A DNA stretch of 64,000 nucleotides from the IMG/VR virus record IMGVR_UViG_3300021181_000008, positions 14,970 through 78,969 of that record, one strand, 5' to 3'. The translations under genes were made by a program, and so were the position numbers. The notes beneath the pieces are model-generated. The model searched no databases, had not been told where the DNA came from, and saw only the letters and a program-made list of their open reading frames with translations. This stretch comes from a virus. This document shows, in pieces, positions 7,355 to 16,260 of this stretch; within the stretch, counting starts at the first letter, position 1, and every line of letters begins with the position of its first letter.

Positions 7355-8067
7355 TTCACTTCTACCACCTGTGGCTGGGCGGCGACTGGAAGACTATCGC
7401 TGACGAGCATTTCGCTGCCCTGCGCGCGGCCGAGTTTCCCGGCGGCGTTCGCGTAGGGCTCGTCGGCTCTCCGGAAGCGCGCGATGAAGCGCAGAACTGG
7501 CTCGACCGACGCTGGAATTACGGCATCGCGGATGAGGCCGACGAGGGCTTTGAGGAAGTGACCCTGCGCTCTCTGCACGACCTTGCCGGGGCGCTCCAGC
7601 CCAGCACGCCGATCCTCTACGCGCACAACAAGGGCTCGTTCCACCCTGTGAGCAAGGCGGGCATCGACGAGAACACGCCTTGGCGGCAGGAGATGACGCG
7701 CTACTTCGTGGACGCCTGGAGTTCTCGCGTAGCGGAGCTGTCCGGACATGACGTGGTGGCGTGGCACTGGCTCCCGGCCGGAATCATAGGCCCTACCGGC
7801 ATCGCGCTCGACTGCACGGTTCCGGCGGGGAACTTCTGGCTTGCCCGCGCGGGCTACCTCAAGAAGCTGCCGTTGCTGCCGCCGAAGCTGGTCGAGGACA
7901 ACAGGATCGAGGCCGAGACCTGGCTTGCGGAGGGCAACCCGCGCGTGAAGTGCCTAAGCACCGAATGGCCGTCTGTGAGCATTGGCCACTGGGAGTTTCA
8001 GTACGCGATGCCCGGCTTCCCGCACACAGGCCGTTGGGTGCTCATTTCGGATAATCCTGTAGACTGA
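7351..8067 (+). CDS. Putative glycosyltransferase-like protein (LYxHxKG family)
   Basis: ILYAHNKGS, WRQEM, GNFWLARAGYL and R..AETW motifs of a GT-A-like family seen in phage glycosylation clusters. Adjacent to other GTs. Confidence 0.55.
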   Translation: MIHFYHLWLGGDWKTIADEHFAALRAAEFPGGVRVGLVGSPEARDEAQNWLDRRWNYGIADEADEGFEEVTLRSLHDLAGALQPSTPILYAHNKGSFHPVSKAGIDENTPWRQEMTRYFVDAWSSRVAELSGHDVVAWHWLPAGIIGPTGIALDCTVPAGNFWLARAGYLKKLPLLPPKLVEDNRIEAETWLAEGNPRVKCLSTEWPSVSIGHWEFQYAMPGFPHTGRWVLISDNPVD

Positions 8068-8072
8068 CCGGC

Positions 8073-9134
8073 GTGAAGATTCTCGCCTCGCACGACGGCG
8101 GTTCCGGCTGCGCCTGGTACCGGATGATACTCCCCCTTGAAGCGGTCGCTGAGTACGCCCCCGGCGTGGATGTCACCTTCCGCCGTGGCGGTATGGCGTC
8201 CATGGAGAACCCGCCGCCCCAGCTCCAGATAGATGATGTCGAGGGCATGGACGTGATGGTCGGCCAGCGGGTTAACGCGTACGAGGGGCTCGGGCTCTGG
8301 CGGCGCTGGAATACGCCGTGGCGTAGGACCGTCTACGAGAACGACGACGATGTTTTCAACATCACGCACGAGAACGTCGGTGCCTACGAGTCGTACAAGG
8401 AAGGATCCGAGCTGCGCGAAGCGGTCAAGCGCTACTGCGACACCGCCGCTCTGATTACCGTCTCCACTCCGCACCTGGGCGACCTGCACCGCGAGATGTC
8501 CCCCGGCGTGCCCGTGGAAGTCCTCCCCAACTACATCCCTGCGTTCGTGCTCGACTTGCCCCGCGATGAGAAGCCCCGGCCGCGTATCGGCTGGATGGGC
8601 GGCTCCAGTCACGTGCGCGATCTCGAAGAGGCCGCAGGCTCGGTCAGGCGCTTCATGCAGCGGCACGGTGACTGGGACATGTACGTGGCCGGCGCGGACT
8701 ACCGCCGATCTTTCAGGGTGCCCAAGGACCGCCTCTTCTACGTGCCGTGGCTGCACGTCAGCAATGACCCGAGGCTGTTCTACCGGATGATCGACTACGA
8801 CATCGGCATCTGCCCGCTGCTGGACACCCAGTTCGCCCGGTCCAAGAGCGCGATCAAGGCGCTGGAATACTCGGCGAGGGGCATTCCGGTAATCGCCAGC
8901 GACGTCGAGCCCTACCGGCGGTTCATTCACGACGGAGTGGACGGCTTCCTGGTTAAGACCCCGCACGAGTGGCTGAACCGACTCGAAACTCTCGCCAATG
9001 ACGAAGACCTGCGGCTCATGATGGGCGCGGCGGCGAAAGAGAACGCCCGGAAGCACACGATCGAGGAGCACTGGCCTGAATGGGTGAACGCGTACAAGAT
9101 GCTGTTCCCCGTGGACTGGGATTACCAGGGCTGA
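8073..9134 (+). CDS. GT-B glycosyltransferase (GT4-like)
   Basis: GCAWYRMILP, ENDDD, IGWMGGSSH, DIGICPL...KSAIKALEYSARGIPVIASDVEPY. Leaderless TAGACT-N7-GTG start. Confidence 0.92.
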   Translation: MKILASHDGGSGCAWYRMILPLEAVAEYAPGVDVTFRRGGMASMENPPPQLQIDDVEGMDVMVGQRVNAYEGLGLWRRWNTPWRRTVYENDDDVFNITHENVGAYESYKEGSELREAVKRYCDTAALITVSTPHLGDLHREMSPGVPVEVLPNYIPAFVLDLPRDEKPRPRIGWMGGSSHVRDLEEAAGSVRRFMQRHGDWDMYVAGADYRRSFRVPKDRLFYVPWLHVSNDPRLFYRMIDYDIGICPLLDTQFARSKSAIKALEYSARGIPVIASDVEPYRRFIHDGVDGFLVKTPHEWLNRLETLANDEDLRLMMGAAAKENARKHTIEEHWPEWVNAYKMLFPVDWDYQG

Positions 9135-9170
9135 TGTAGACTATCCGCGTAACAGCGACCAGGAGGTCTG

Positions 9171-10013
9171 ATGAGGGTACTGGTAACCGGCAGCAGCGGT
9201 TTCATCGGCAGCGCGGTGCGCAAGGTGCTGGAGGCCATCGGCGACGAGGTAGTCCCGTTCGATATGCCCGAGCACGATGTCCGCGACGCCGCCGACCTGC
9301 ACCACATGGTCATCTCCACGGGCGCTAGCGCGATCATCAACCTCGCCGGCATGCTCGGGACGCCCGAGCTGTTCGGGCACGAGGTCAAGGCCGCCGAGAC
9401 GAACATCATCGGCGCGATCAACGTCTACGACGTGGCCGCCGAGTTCCGCATCCCGGTCGTGCAGATCGGCACCGGGCACAAGGGCCAGCCGAACCCGTAC
9501 GCCATCACCAAGGGCTGCGCAGAGGACATCGGACTGGCCCGCGCCCGGTTCCGGCAGGAAGAGATCGCGATCGTCCGCGCGTACCACGTCTACGGCCCCG
9601 GCCAGCCTGTCGGCCCGCCGCACGGCGACGCGCACGTCCACAAGTTCTTCCCCACGTTCGCCACCCGAGGGCTCACCGACATGGACCTGGAGCTGTGCGG
9701 CGGCGGCGAGCAGACCATCGACGCGGTGTACGTGGACGACGTGGCCCAGGTGCTGGTGGAGTCGATCGAGGGACCGTACGGCAAGGTGCTGGAAGCGGGC
9801 ACCGGCTTCGGGATGTCCGTCGCGGAGATCGCCTACGACATCCTGTCCTTCATGCAGAGCAGGTCGGTTGTGAGGACCGTCGAGGGCCGTGACGGCGAGC
9901 CGCATAACGCCGATGTCGTGGCCGGAGCGCCGTTGTGCCAGAACCTGTGGCCCTACAAGGCCGCCGAGACAGTGGAGTGGTACCGACAGTGGCTAGCAGC
10001 ACACCCTCGCTAG
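9171..10013 (+). CDS. NAD-dependent NDP-sugar epimerase/dehydratase
   Basis: VLVTGSSGFIG, YAITK (YxxxK), HVYGPGQ. AGGAGG RBS. Confidence 0.92.
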   Translation: MRVLVTGSSGFIGSAVRKVLEAIGDEVVPFDMPEHDVRDAADLHHMVISTGASAIINLAGMLGTPELFGHEVKAAETNIIGAINVYDVAAEFRIPVVQIGTGHKGQPNPYAITKGCAEDIGLARARFRQEEIAIVRAYHVYGPGQPVGPPHGDAHVHKFFPTFATRGLTDMDLELCGGGEQTIDAVYVDDVAQVLVESIEGPYGKVLEAGTGFGMSVAEIAYDILSFMQSRSVVRTVEGRDGEPHNADVVAGAPLCQNLWPYKAAETVEWYRQWLAAHPR

Positions 10014-10639
10014 TATCGGTCGTAACGCCGACCTGGAACCGGGACGAGTTCATCATGCGGGCGATCATGTCCGTTGCCATGCAAACGTACCGGCCCATTC
10101 AGCACATCGTCGTAGCGGACGGTCCTAATCCCGAGCTTGAACGCCTGCTCCGGTGCATCAGCCGTGATCATCCGGCCACAGGATACGAGTTCGTCTTTGA
10201 GTGCCTGCCGGAGCACGGAATGGGCGGCCGATGGGGTCACACCGCACGGATGCGCGGGATCGATCTCGCCAAGGGCGAGTACATCGCCTATCTGGACGAC
10301 GATGACGCGTACTGGCCGGAGCACGTGGCGAACCTCGCCCAACTGCTTGACGACGACCCGGAGATCGGGTTCGCGCACGCCAGTCTCTGGATGCATGATC
10401 AGGGAGGCGATGCGGGCGGCTGGGTATGCGCTGCGCCGACTCCCTGCTTCGGCCGGATAACCACGTCGGCTATCATGCACCGGAGAGAGCTACTCGATGT
10501 AGCCACTTGGCGTGATGACGGCGTGCAGGAAACTGTGGACTGGGATCTCATAAGCCGGTGGGTGGACAGCGGAGTGCGATCGGCGTTCAGCGAGCAGGTA
10601 AGCGCGCACGGGTACAGGGAATTCGGCGGTTCACGCTAA
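9989..10639 (+). CDS. GT2 family glycosyltransferase
   Basis: VSVVTPTWNR, IVVADG, GEYIAYLDDDDAYWPEH. Start uncertain (9935 or 9989). Confidence 0.92.
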   Translation: MASSTPSLVSVVTPTWNRDEFIMRAIMSVAMQTYRPIQHIVVADGPNPELERLLRCISRDHPATGYEFVFECLPEHGMGGRWGHTARMRGIDLAKGEYIAYLDDDDAYWPEHVANLAQLLDDDPEIGFAHASLWMHDQGGDAGGWVCAAPTPCFGRITTSAIMHRRELLDVATWRDDGVQETVDWDLISRWVDSGVRSAFSEQVSAHGYREFGGSR

Positions 10640-10651
10640 AGAGGAGCACCA

Positions 10652-11209
10652 ATGCATTTGCCATGGCGAGACATCCTGCCGGTTCCGACAGCGACCAGGG
10701 CCGTCAACACGTCGATGACCGAGAACGAGGCCGCCGAGCTGGCCGCTCTCGCCGAGGGAAAGGACGTGCTGGAGATCGGCTCGGCCAACGGGTTCTCGGC
10801 GTGCGCCATGGCCCTCGGCGGCGCTGAGAGCGTTACCGCGATCGACCCGCACTCCTGGGTGCCCGGCTCCCTGCCCGCAATGCAGGCGAACCTGAGCGCG
10901 TACGGCGTCGAGGACAAGGTGGACGTTATCGAGGCCACGTTCTACGACGCGTTCGAGCCGCTCAAGCAGGCGGGCCGGAAGTTCGGCTTCATCTTCATCG
11001 ACGGCGACCACACCGGCCCCGCCATCACGTTCGACGTGAACCACGCCTACGAACTCCTCGCGCCGGGCGGCGTCATCGCCTGCCACGACTACGGCGAGTG
11101 CTGCTGCATGGAAGTTCAGCCCGCGCTCGACGCGCTGTTCCCCAACGGGCCGACGCGGCTGACCGACACCCTGTTCATCGTGTACACCGAGGAGCCGTCC
11201 GATGGCTAA
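10652..11209 (+). CDS. Class I SAM-dependent methyltransferase (Methyltransf_24-like)
   Basis: VLEIGSANGFS, FIFIDGDH, LAPGGVIACHDY. Confidence 0.9.
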   Translation: MHLPWRDILPVPTATRAVNTSMTENEAAELAALAEGKDVLEIGSANGFSACAMALGGAESVTAIDPHSWVPGSLPAMQANLSAYGVEDKVDVIEATFYDAFEPLKQAGRKFGFIFIDGDHTGPAITFDVNHAYELLAPGGVIACHDYGECCCMEVQPALDALFPNGPTRLTDTLFIVYTEEPSDG

Positions 11210-12275
11210 GAAGATCCTCATCACCGGGGCCGGCGGGTTTGTCGGCCACCACTTCCTGGAGCACGTTCTCCAGCACACGAATATGGACGTCGTGTGCACC
11301 GACAGCTTCCGGCACAAGGGCCGCACCGACCGCATCCAGCAGGTGCTCGATAGCGAGCCGACCGACCTCAAGTTCGCGGTGATCAAGAGCTGGCGGGAGC
11401 GGCTGAGCGTCTTTACCCACGACATCAACGCGCCGTTCAGCGTCGGCCAGGTGGCGGATCTCGAAGACGTGGACTACATGGTCTGCTTCGCCTCTGAGAG
11501 CCACGTAGACAGGTCCATCTCCGATCCGGTCCCGTTCATCCGGAACAACGTCGAGGTGGCCCTGAACACGCTGGAGCTGGCCCGCAAGATCAAGCCGCAG
11601 GCGCTCGTCTGGATCAGCACCGACGAAGTGTACGGCCCGGTGGACGAGATGGACCTGACCGGCCACCCCGAGTGGGATCCGATCCTGCCGTCCAACCCCT
11701 ACAGCGGGAGCAAGGCGGCGCAGGAGGCCATCGCGATCTCCTACTGGCGCACGTACGGCGTCCCGCTGATCATCACCAACTGCATGAACCTCATCGGCGA
11801 GCGCCAGGACCCGGAGAAGTTCGTGCCGATGGTGATCAGCAAGGTGCTCAAGGGCGAGACGGTCACGATCCACGGCACCGAGACGGACATCGGGACGCGG
11901 CACTACCTGCACGCGCGCAACCTCGCGGACGGCATCCTGCACATCCTCACCCACCAGGAGCCGGCCGTGTTCCCCGCGCACCAGACGCGGTGGGGCCAGC
12001 GAGTTCACGGTATGCCGGACAGGTTCAACGTGGCGTCGGCCGACCGGATCGACAACCTGACGATGGCGCAGATGATCGCCGAGTTCGTCGGCCAGCCGCT
12101 GCACTACAGGCTGGTGGACTTCCACAGCACGCGGCCGGGCCACGACCCGCACTACGGCCTGTCCCCCGAGAAGCTGGCCATGACCGGCTGGGAGCTGCCC
12201 GTGCCGCTGCGCGAGAGCCTGGAGAAGACCGTGCAGTGGACCATGAAGCACCCCGAATGGCTAAAGGGCGAATAG
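11202..12275 (+). CDS. rmlB: dTDP-glucose 4,6-dehydratase (RmlB/RfbB-like)
   Basis: ILITGAGGFVG, FASESHVDRSI, ISTDEVYG, PSNPYSGSKAA, RQDPEKFVP, RPGHDPHY. Confidence 0.9.
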   Translation: MAKKILITGAGGFVGHHFLEHVLQHTNMDVVCTDSFRHKGRTDRIQQVLDSEPTDLKFAVIKSWRERLSVFTHDINAPFSVGQVADLEDVDYMVCFASESHVDRSISDPVPFIRNNVEVALNTLELARKIKPQALVWISTDEVYGPVDEMDLTGHPEWDPILPSNPYSGSKAAQEAIAISYWRTYGVPLIITNCMNLIGERQDPEKFVPMVISKVLKGETVTIHGTETDIGTRHYLHARNLADGILHILTHQEPAVFPAHQTRWGQRVHGMPDRFNVASADRIDNLTMAQMIAEFVGQPLHYRLVDFHSTRPGHDPHYGLSPEKLAMTGWELPVPLRESLEKTVQWTMKHPEWLKGE

Positions 12276-12293
12276 AGAGGTAGTGTGCGCACC

Positions 12294-12452
12294 ATGTGCG
12301 ATAACAAGGCAGTAGACGAGTCCAACGCCGAGCCGGAGATCCGCGGAGGCGACAAGCCGACTGACTACATCAACGAGGCTCCGCTTCCGGTTCCGCCGAC
12401 GTGGCCGCTGCGTGCAGACGCGATCGAGGACGAGGACGACCTGCACGAGTAA
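12294..12452 (+). CDS. Small acidic hypothetical protein
   Basis: GAGAGG upstream and TAATG coupling. Not in the ORF track. Confidence 0.5.
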   Translation: MCDNKAVDESNAEPEIRGGDKPTDYINEAPLPVPPTWPLRADAIEDEDDLHE

Positions 12453-12607
12453 TGGAAGACGAAGAGTTCGAATCGGACTGGATGAGCGTGGACGAGGCCA
12501 CACAGCACCTCGTAGCCGTCACCAAGCCAATGACCAAAGCGGAGATACGCGCTGTACTGAGCAGCGTGTACTCCCGAGGCTATGAGGACGCGGTGAAGGA
12601 CCAATGA
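12452..12607 (+). CDS. Small hypothetical protein, paralog of 52402-52650 and 62603-62845
   Basis: IRAVLSSVYSRGYED motif. Confidence 0.55.
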   Translation: MEDEEFESDWMSVDEATQHLVAVTKPMTKAEIRAVLSSVYSRGYEDAVKDQ

Positions 12608-13179
12608 TTCCAGAGCTGATCGGCCAGGAGACGCAGGCCGGCAACATCCAGCGCATCATCCGGGGCGTCATGGACGAGGAGCACCGTCTCCTCATGCACG
12701 GTAACCGGCGCGGCGACGCTGAGTGCCTGCCGTTCATGCCATTCCAGCCGGCGGAGTTCATTGCCATCATGTTCGATGTGGTGGCAGAGACAGGCGGCCC
12801 GATCTTCCTGGACGTCGGCTGCGGCAGCGGCACCAAGATGTCGCTCGCGCAGCAGATCTACGGGCTCACGCCGTGGGGCATCGAGATCGACTCGTCGATG
12901 GGAGAGCAGGCCGACACCAAGTTCCCCGACGCCGTGATCGTCGAGAGCGCCCTGTGGGGTGGCTGCAACACCTTCTACCGGCAGGCCGACATCGTGTGGA
13001 TGTACCGCCCGTTCCGCGACCCGGACAAGCAGGCCGAGCTGGAGAAGACCGTCATGCAGGCCATGAAGCACGGCGCGATTCTAGCGGGCAGCAAGTGGCA
13101 GATGGACGACCCGCCGCCGTGGATCCCGATCGTGGACGACTGGGACGACACCAAGTCTGGAGCGTGGATGAAGCCGTGA
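12604..13179 (+). CDS. Class I SAM-dependent methyltransferase
   Basis: FLDVGCGSGTK, GIEID, DIVWMYRPF. Confidence 0.85.
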   Translation: MIPELIGQETQAGNIQRIIRGVMDEEHRLLMHGNRRGDAECLPFMPFQPAEFIAIMFDVVAETGGPIFLDVGCGSGTKMSLAQQIYGLTPWGIEIDSSMGEQADTKFPDAVIVESALWGGCNTFYRQADIVWMYRPFRDPDKQAELEKTVMQAMKHGAILAGSKWQMDDPPPWIPIVDDWDDTKSGAWMKP

Positions 13180-13739
13180 GGGCAAGCTGGCGCGACACCT
13201 ACCTGGAGATGGCGCGCGTACTGGCCGAGATGCGGGCTGACTGCACCCGGCGCAGGGTCGGCGCGATCGTCTTCGAGCCCGACAGCGGCTACCAGGTGTC
13301 CTCGGGGTACAACGGAGCGCCGCGCGGGATGCCAGGGTGCCTGAGCGACGGAGCGTGCCCGCGCGGCCAGCACTACGAAATCAGGGGCACGATCGTCCAC
13401 AGCACGCGCAACCCTGAGGACATCGGCAAGAAGCGCGGCATGGGCGACTGCATCTGCGGCAACCGGTGGCCGTGCGAGGGCTCTGTCGAGCCCGGCTCCA
13501 GCTACGACACCGGCCCTGGCTCCTGCATCGCCATCCACGCTGAGGCCAACGCCCTGCTGCGGGCCGGCCCCAAGGCGCGGGGCATGGTGATGGTGGTCAC
13601 CGAGAAGCCCTGCGACGGCTGCCTCAAGCTGTGCCGCGGAGCGGGGCTCGACTGCGTGATCTGGCCGTCCGGCAACCTCAATGCTCCCTTCGATTACGAA
13701 CAGTTCCCCAAGCCTCCGATGAGGTCTGTGTTCGACTAG
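13176..13739 (+). CDS. dCMP deaminase
   Basis: CTRRRVGAI, GYNGAP, HAEANAL, PCDGC. GTG start overlaps the upstream stop. Confidence 0.9.
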   Translation: MRASWRDTYLEMARVLAEMRADCTRRRVGAIVFEPDSGYQVSSGYNGAPRGMPGCLSDGACPRGQHYEIRGTIVHSTRNPEDIGKKRGMGDCICGNRWPCEGSVEPGSSYDTGPGSCIAIHAEANALLRAGPKARGMVMVVTEKPCDGCLKLCRGAGLDCVIWPSGNLNAPFDYEQFPKPPMRSVFD

Positions 13740-13748
13740 ACTGACCGC

Positions 13749-14327
13749 ATGACAACGGACGCCACGCTCCCCCTCGTCGGGACTATCGGGCTCACCACCA
13801 TCTCGGGTGACGTGGGCAAGCTCATCAAGTTCGGCCAGTTCCTCAACGGGCAGGGCTTCAAGGACTTCGAGCACGCGTTCCTGCTCGGGCCGAACGGGAA
13901 GATCCTGGAAGCGGAGCCCGGCGGCGCGCGGCTCGGGAACGTCAGCGAGTACAGCAAGATCTACTGGTGCACGAACATCGCGGCCCAGTACACGGAAGTT
14001 CAGCTCCAGAGCATTTGGACCGGCGCGCAGAAGTACGTCGGGACCAAGTACAGCTTCCTGGACTACGACGCCATCGCGGCTCACCGGCTGCACATCCCGG
14101 TGCCGGGCCTCCAGCACTACATCGGTGACTCCGGCCACATGATCTGCTCCCAGCTTGTCGATCAGGCGTACTTCGACCAGGGCTGCCAGTTGTTCGCCGG
14201 GGTGTGGCAGGGCTACGTAACGCCGCTGGGCATCTACAACCTGGACGAGCGCATCAAGAACGCCCCGAGAATCCCCCGGTCTACAGGCTGGCGTCCCATC
14301 GCCCGGCCTCGTACTGTGAAGATGTGA
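13749..14327 (+). CDS. Permuted NlpC/P60 (YiiX/YebB-like) papain-fold enzyme
   Basis: His before Cys: FEHAFL...YVGTKYSFLDY...MICSQLVDQAY...YVTP. Leaderless TAGACT-N6-ATG start. Confidence 0.8.
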   Translation: MTTDATLPLVGTIGLTTISGDVGKLIKFGQFLNGQGFKDFEHAFLLGPNGKILEAEPGGARLGNVSEYSKIYWCTNIAAQYTEVQLQSIWTGAQKYVGTKYSFLDYDAIAAHRLHIPVPGLQHYIGDSGHMICSQLVDQAYFDQGCQLFAGVWQGYVTPLGIYNLDERIKNAPRIPRSTGWRPIARPRTVKM

Positions 14328-14536
14328 GAGCGTTTACCCACGACTTCGAGAGCGTGGCCCTGACTGACGACGAGTGCGTGGCCTTTAGCCAGCTCGTCAC
14401 TGAGACGTGCCATACGTCCATTCAGGCGAGTATCTCGGCGCAGCTCACGATGGTGACGCGCCCCTACCCGGAGACGACCATAGATGCCGTCCAGGGTCAA
14501 GCCCGCCGGATGTGGCGCACGGAGGTTAGGCTGTAG
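14324..14536 (+). CDS. Hypothetical protein
   Basis: GTGA overlap with the upstream stop. TACTGT-N6-GTG. Confidence 0.5.
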   Translation: MRAFTHDFESVALTDDECVAFSQLVTETCHTSIQASISAQLTMVTRPYPETTIDAVQGQARRMWRTEVRL

Positions 14537-14610
14537 CTCATAGACCCGAACTTGGGAGGTGGTCGCAATGAACGAGCTGCGAGCGGCGTCCTGGGGGGTG
14601 GTCCTGTAAT

Positions 14611-15033
14611 CTACGCGGAAAGCCCGGTACCGTCGAGGGTATCGGGCTTTCGGTGTGTCCGGACACGGTGGCAGCAGGCGCATCGGACGTCGCACTTGTC
14701 CAGCTCGGCGAGCACTGCGGCCCACGGACTGCTCAGCATCTCGGCGATGCCGGAGAGCTTGAGTTCAGGGTCTCTGTGGTCGAAGTCGAGTGCCACGGCG
14801 TGCGCGTTGTAGCCGCAGTCGATGCAGCCCTTCTCCAGCTTGTAGGCGTTGAGCCAGAGGTGCCTCTTGAGTGCCTCGCGCTTGCGATTGGCCACGTTGC
14901 GCGCGTACGCCTTCTGGACAGCCTCAGGTGTGCGACACCTACCACGGTGATTTGGCGGCATACCACAAACGCCGCCGCGAGCCATCGGTTTATCGCACCG
15001 GCTGGCTATAAGGGGGACACCCCTGGCTGTCAC
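14611..15033 (-). CDS. HNH endonuclease (free-standing)
   Basis: CIDCGY...LDFDHRDP...ELDKCDVRCACCHRVRT. Start is GTG 15033 or ATG 14985. Confidence 0.85.
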   Translation of the reverse strand: MTARGVPLIASRCDKPMARGGVCGMPPNHRGRCRTPEAVQKAYARNVANRKREALKRHLWLNAYKLEKGCIDCGYNAHAVALDFDHRDPELKLSGIAEMLSSPWAAVLAELDKCDVRCACCHRVRTHRKPDTLDGTGLSA

Positions 15034-15109
15034 GCTAAACTCCAGCTCACAAGCCCGAGGATATCTTGTGCGGACAACGTAAGACAAATGAGGGACTAGT
15101 CTGGTCACC

Positions 15110-15415
15110 ATGACTATGCCCCAGCAGAACAACATGCAGTTTCTGGACACCAACAACCCGCTCGTCGGCGGCGGCCCGGCGCGCATCGACACCGGCATCA
15201 TCCAGCACCCCGAGTCGGGCCAGATGGGCGTGCTGACGATCCGGACTCCCTCGACGACGCTGACCGTGGTGATGAGCCCGGAGGATCTGCGCAACTGGGC
15301 CAACCACATCAACGGCCTCGCGGAAGCCATGGACAAGGGCGGCGGCACCAAGCTCGTCCCCGCCGGCATGGGAGATGTTGCGGCCATGGACGCTATGCGC
15401 CGAGCGGGCAGGTAA
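15110..15415 (+). CDS. Hypothetical protein
   Basis: Leaderless TAGTCT-N7-ATG, with codon bias. Confidence 0.7.
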   Translation: MTMPQQNNMQFLDTNNPLVGGGPARIDTGIIQHPESGQMGVLTIRTPSTTLTVVMSPEDLRNWANHINGLAEAMDKGGGTKLVPAGMGDVAAMDAMRRAGR

Positions 15416-15428
15416 CTACTCTGGTGGT

Positions 15429-15749
15429 ATGAGGTCCGAGCCCGTACTGCTGCACGTTCCAGTTCAGGATTGGTACTGCCCCAACTGTGGGACTACCGAC
15501 CGGACTCCCGCCATGCCTCCGAACAGCTCGCAGTACCACAATTGCCCGCGCCTGCACTCGCTGAGCGCTCCCCTCGTCCGCGCCGGAGTCAAGGCCAAGG
15601 TCGAAGCGGTCGAGCGCGAGGACTACCTGTGCAAGGACACCCAGGCCACCGGGGATGACGGCAAGGTCTACATGCTCGTCCGCACTACCCGTGACGACGG
15701 CACTGATCTCAACGTCAACGCGCCCGTCGCTCGAATGAGGCTGACCTGA
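15429..15749 (+). CDS. Zn-ribbon hypothetical protein
   Basis: WYCPNCG...HNCP. Leaderless TACTCT-N6-ATG. Confidence 0.7.
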   Translation: MRSEPVLLHVPVQDWYCPNCGTTDRTPAMPPNSSQYHNCPRLHSLSAPLVRAGVKAKVEAVEREDYLCKDTQATGDDGKVYMLVRTTRDDGTDLNVNAPVARMRLT

Positions 15750-15877
15750 TGGGCCGGGCGTCGCGCAGGAAGCGCGAGCAGCGTGAGTCTGAGACCGAAG
15801 AGAAGCCGGTCGAGTGGACTGACCTGGTAGTTCAAGCAGGTGTCGCCATGGCGACCGGTAAGGGGCACGATCAGTAA
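15749..15877 (+). CDS. 42-aa peptide carrying one copy of the fibre repeat (LVVQAGVAMATG)
   Basis: TGATG and TAATG coupling on both sides. Not in the ORF track. Confidence 0.6.
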   Translation: MGRASRRKREQRESETEEKPVEWTDLVVQAGVAMATGKGHDQ

Positions 15878-16260
15878 TGTCAGATTTCAGCATCAGCAGC
15901 TCAGTTCCCGGCTTCCCCGCGCCCGCCCGCAAGGACATCCTGTTCGAGGGCCTAGTCACTCTGGATTCTTCGGGCAACTTCAAGACTCCGTGGTTCGACA
16001 CGACCGGAGTTACCAGGGTCACAGCGCTGGCAAACTACGGCCCGCTCAGCTCGCCGCTCACGTCGATCTACATTCACGAAGCCTGGACCAACGACGGGGT
16101 TAACCCGATCGATGGCCGCAGCGTGGCTCTCGGTACGTTCGGGGCTGTGGGCGGCTACGGCGAAATGACCCTAGTGGCAGCCAGGTTCGTCAACGTAAAC
16201 GGTGCTGGCGGTTCGGCCAACGCCAACGGGGAGTTCTTCCTCACGATCAGGGGGACCTGA
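15877..16260 (+). CDS. Putative virion structural protein
   Basis: Beta-rich composition, coupled into the structural run. Confidence 0.6.
   Translation: MSDFSISSSVPGFPAPARKDILFEGLVTLDSSGNFKTPWFDTTGVTRVTALANYGPLSSPLTSIYIHEAWTNDGVNPIDGRSVALGTFGAVGGYGEMTLVAARFVNVNGAGGSANANGEFFLTIRGT

Noticed and set aside
14527-14610. tRNA-like start GGCTGTAGCTCA
   Set aside because: No T-arm or acceptor-stem complement follows, so a cloverleaf cannot be built.
14536-15110. Group I intron housing the HNH
   Set aside because: Flanking ORFs look complete and separately promoted. No recognisable intron core, and the HNH is antisense to its neighbours.
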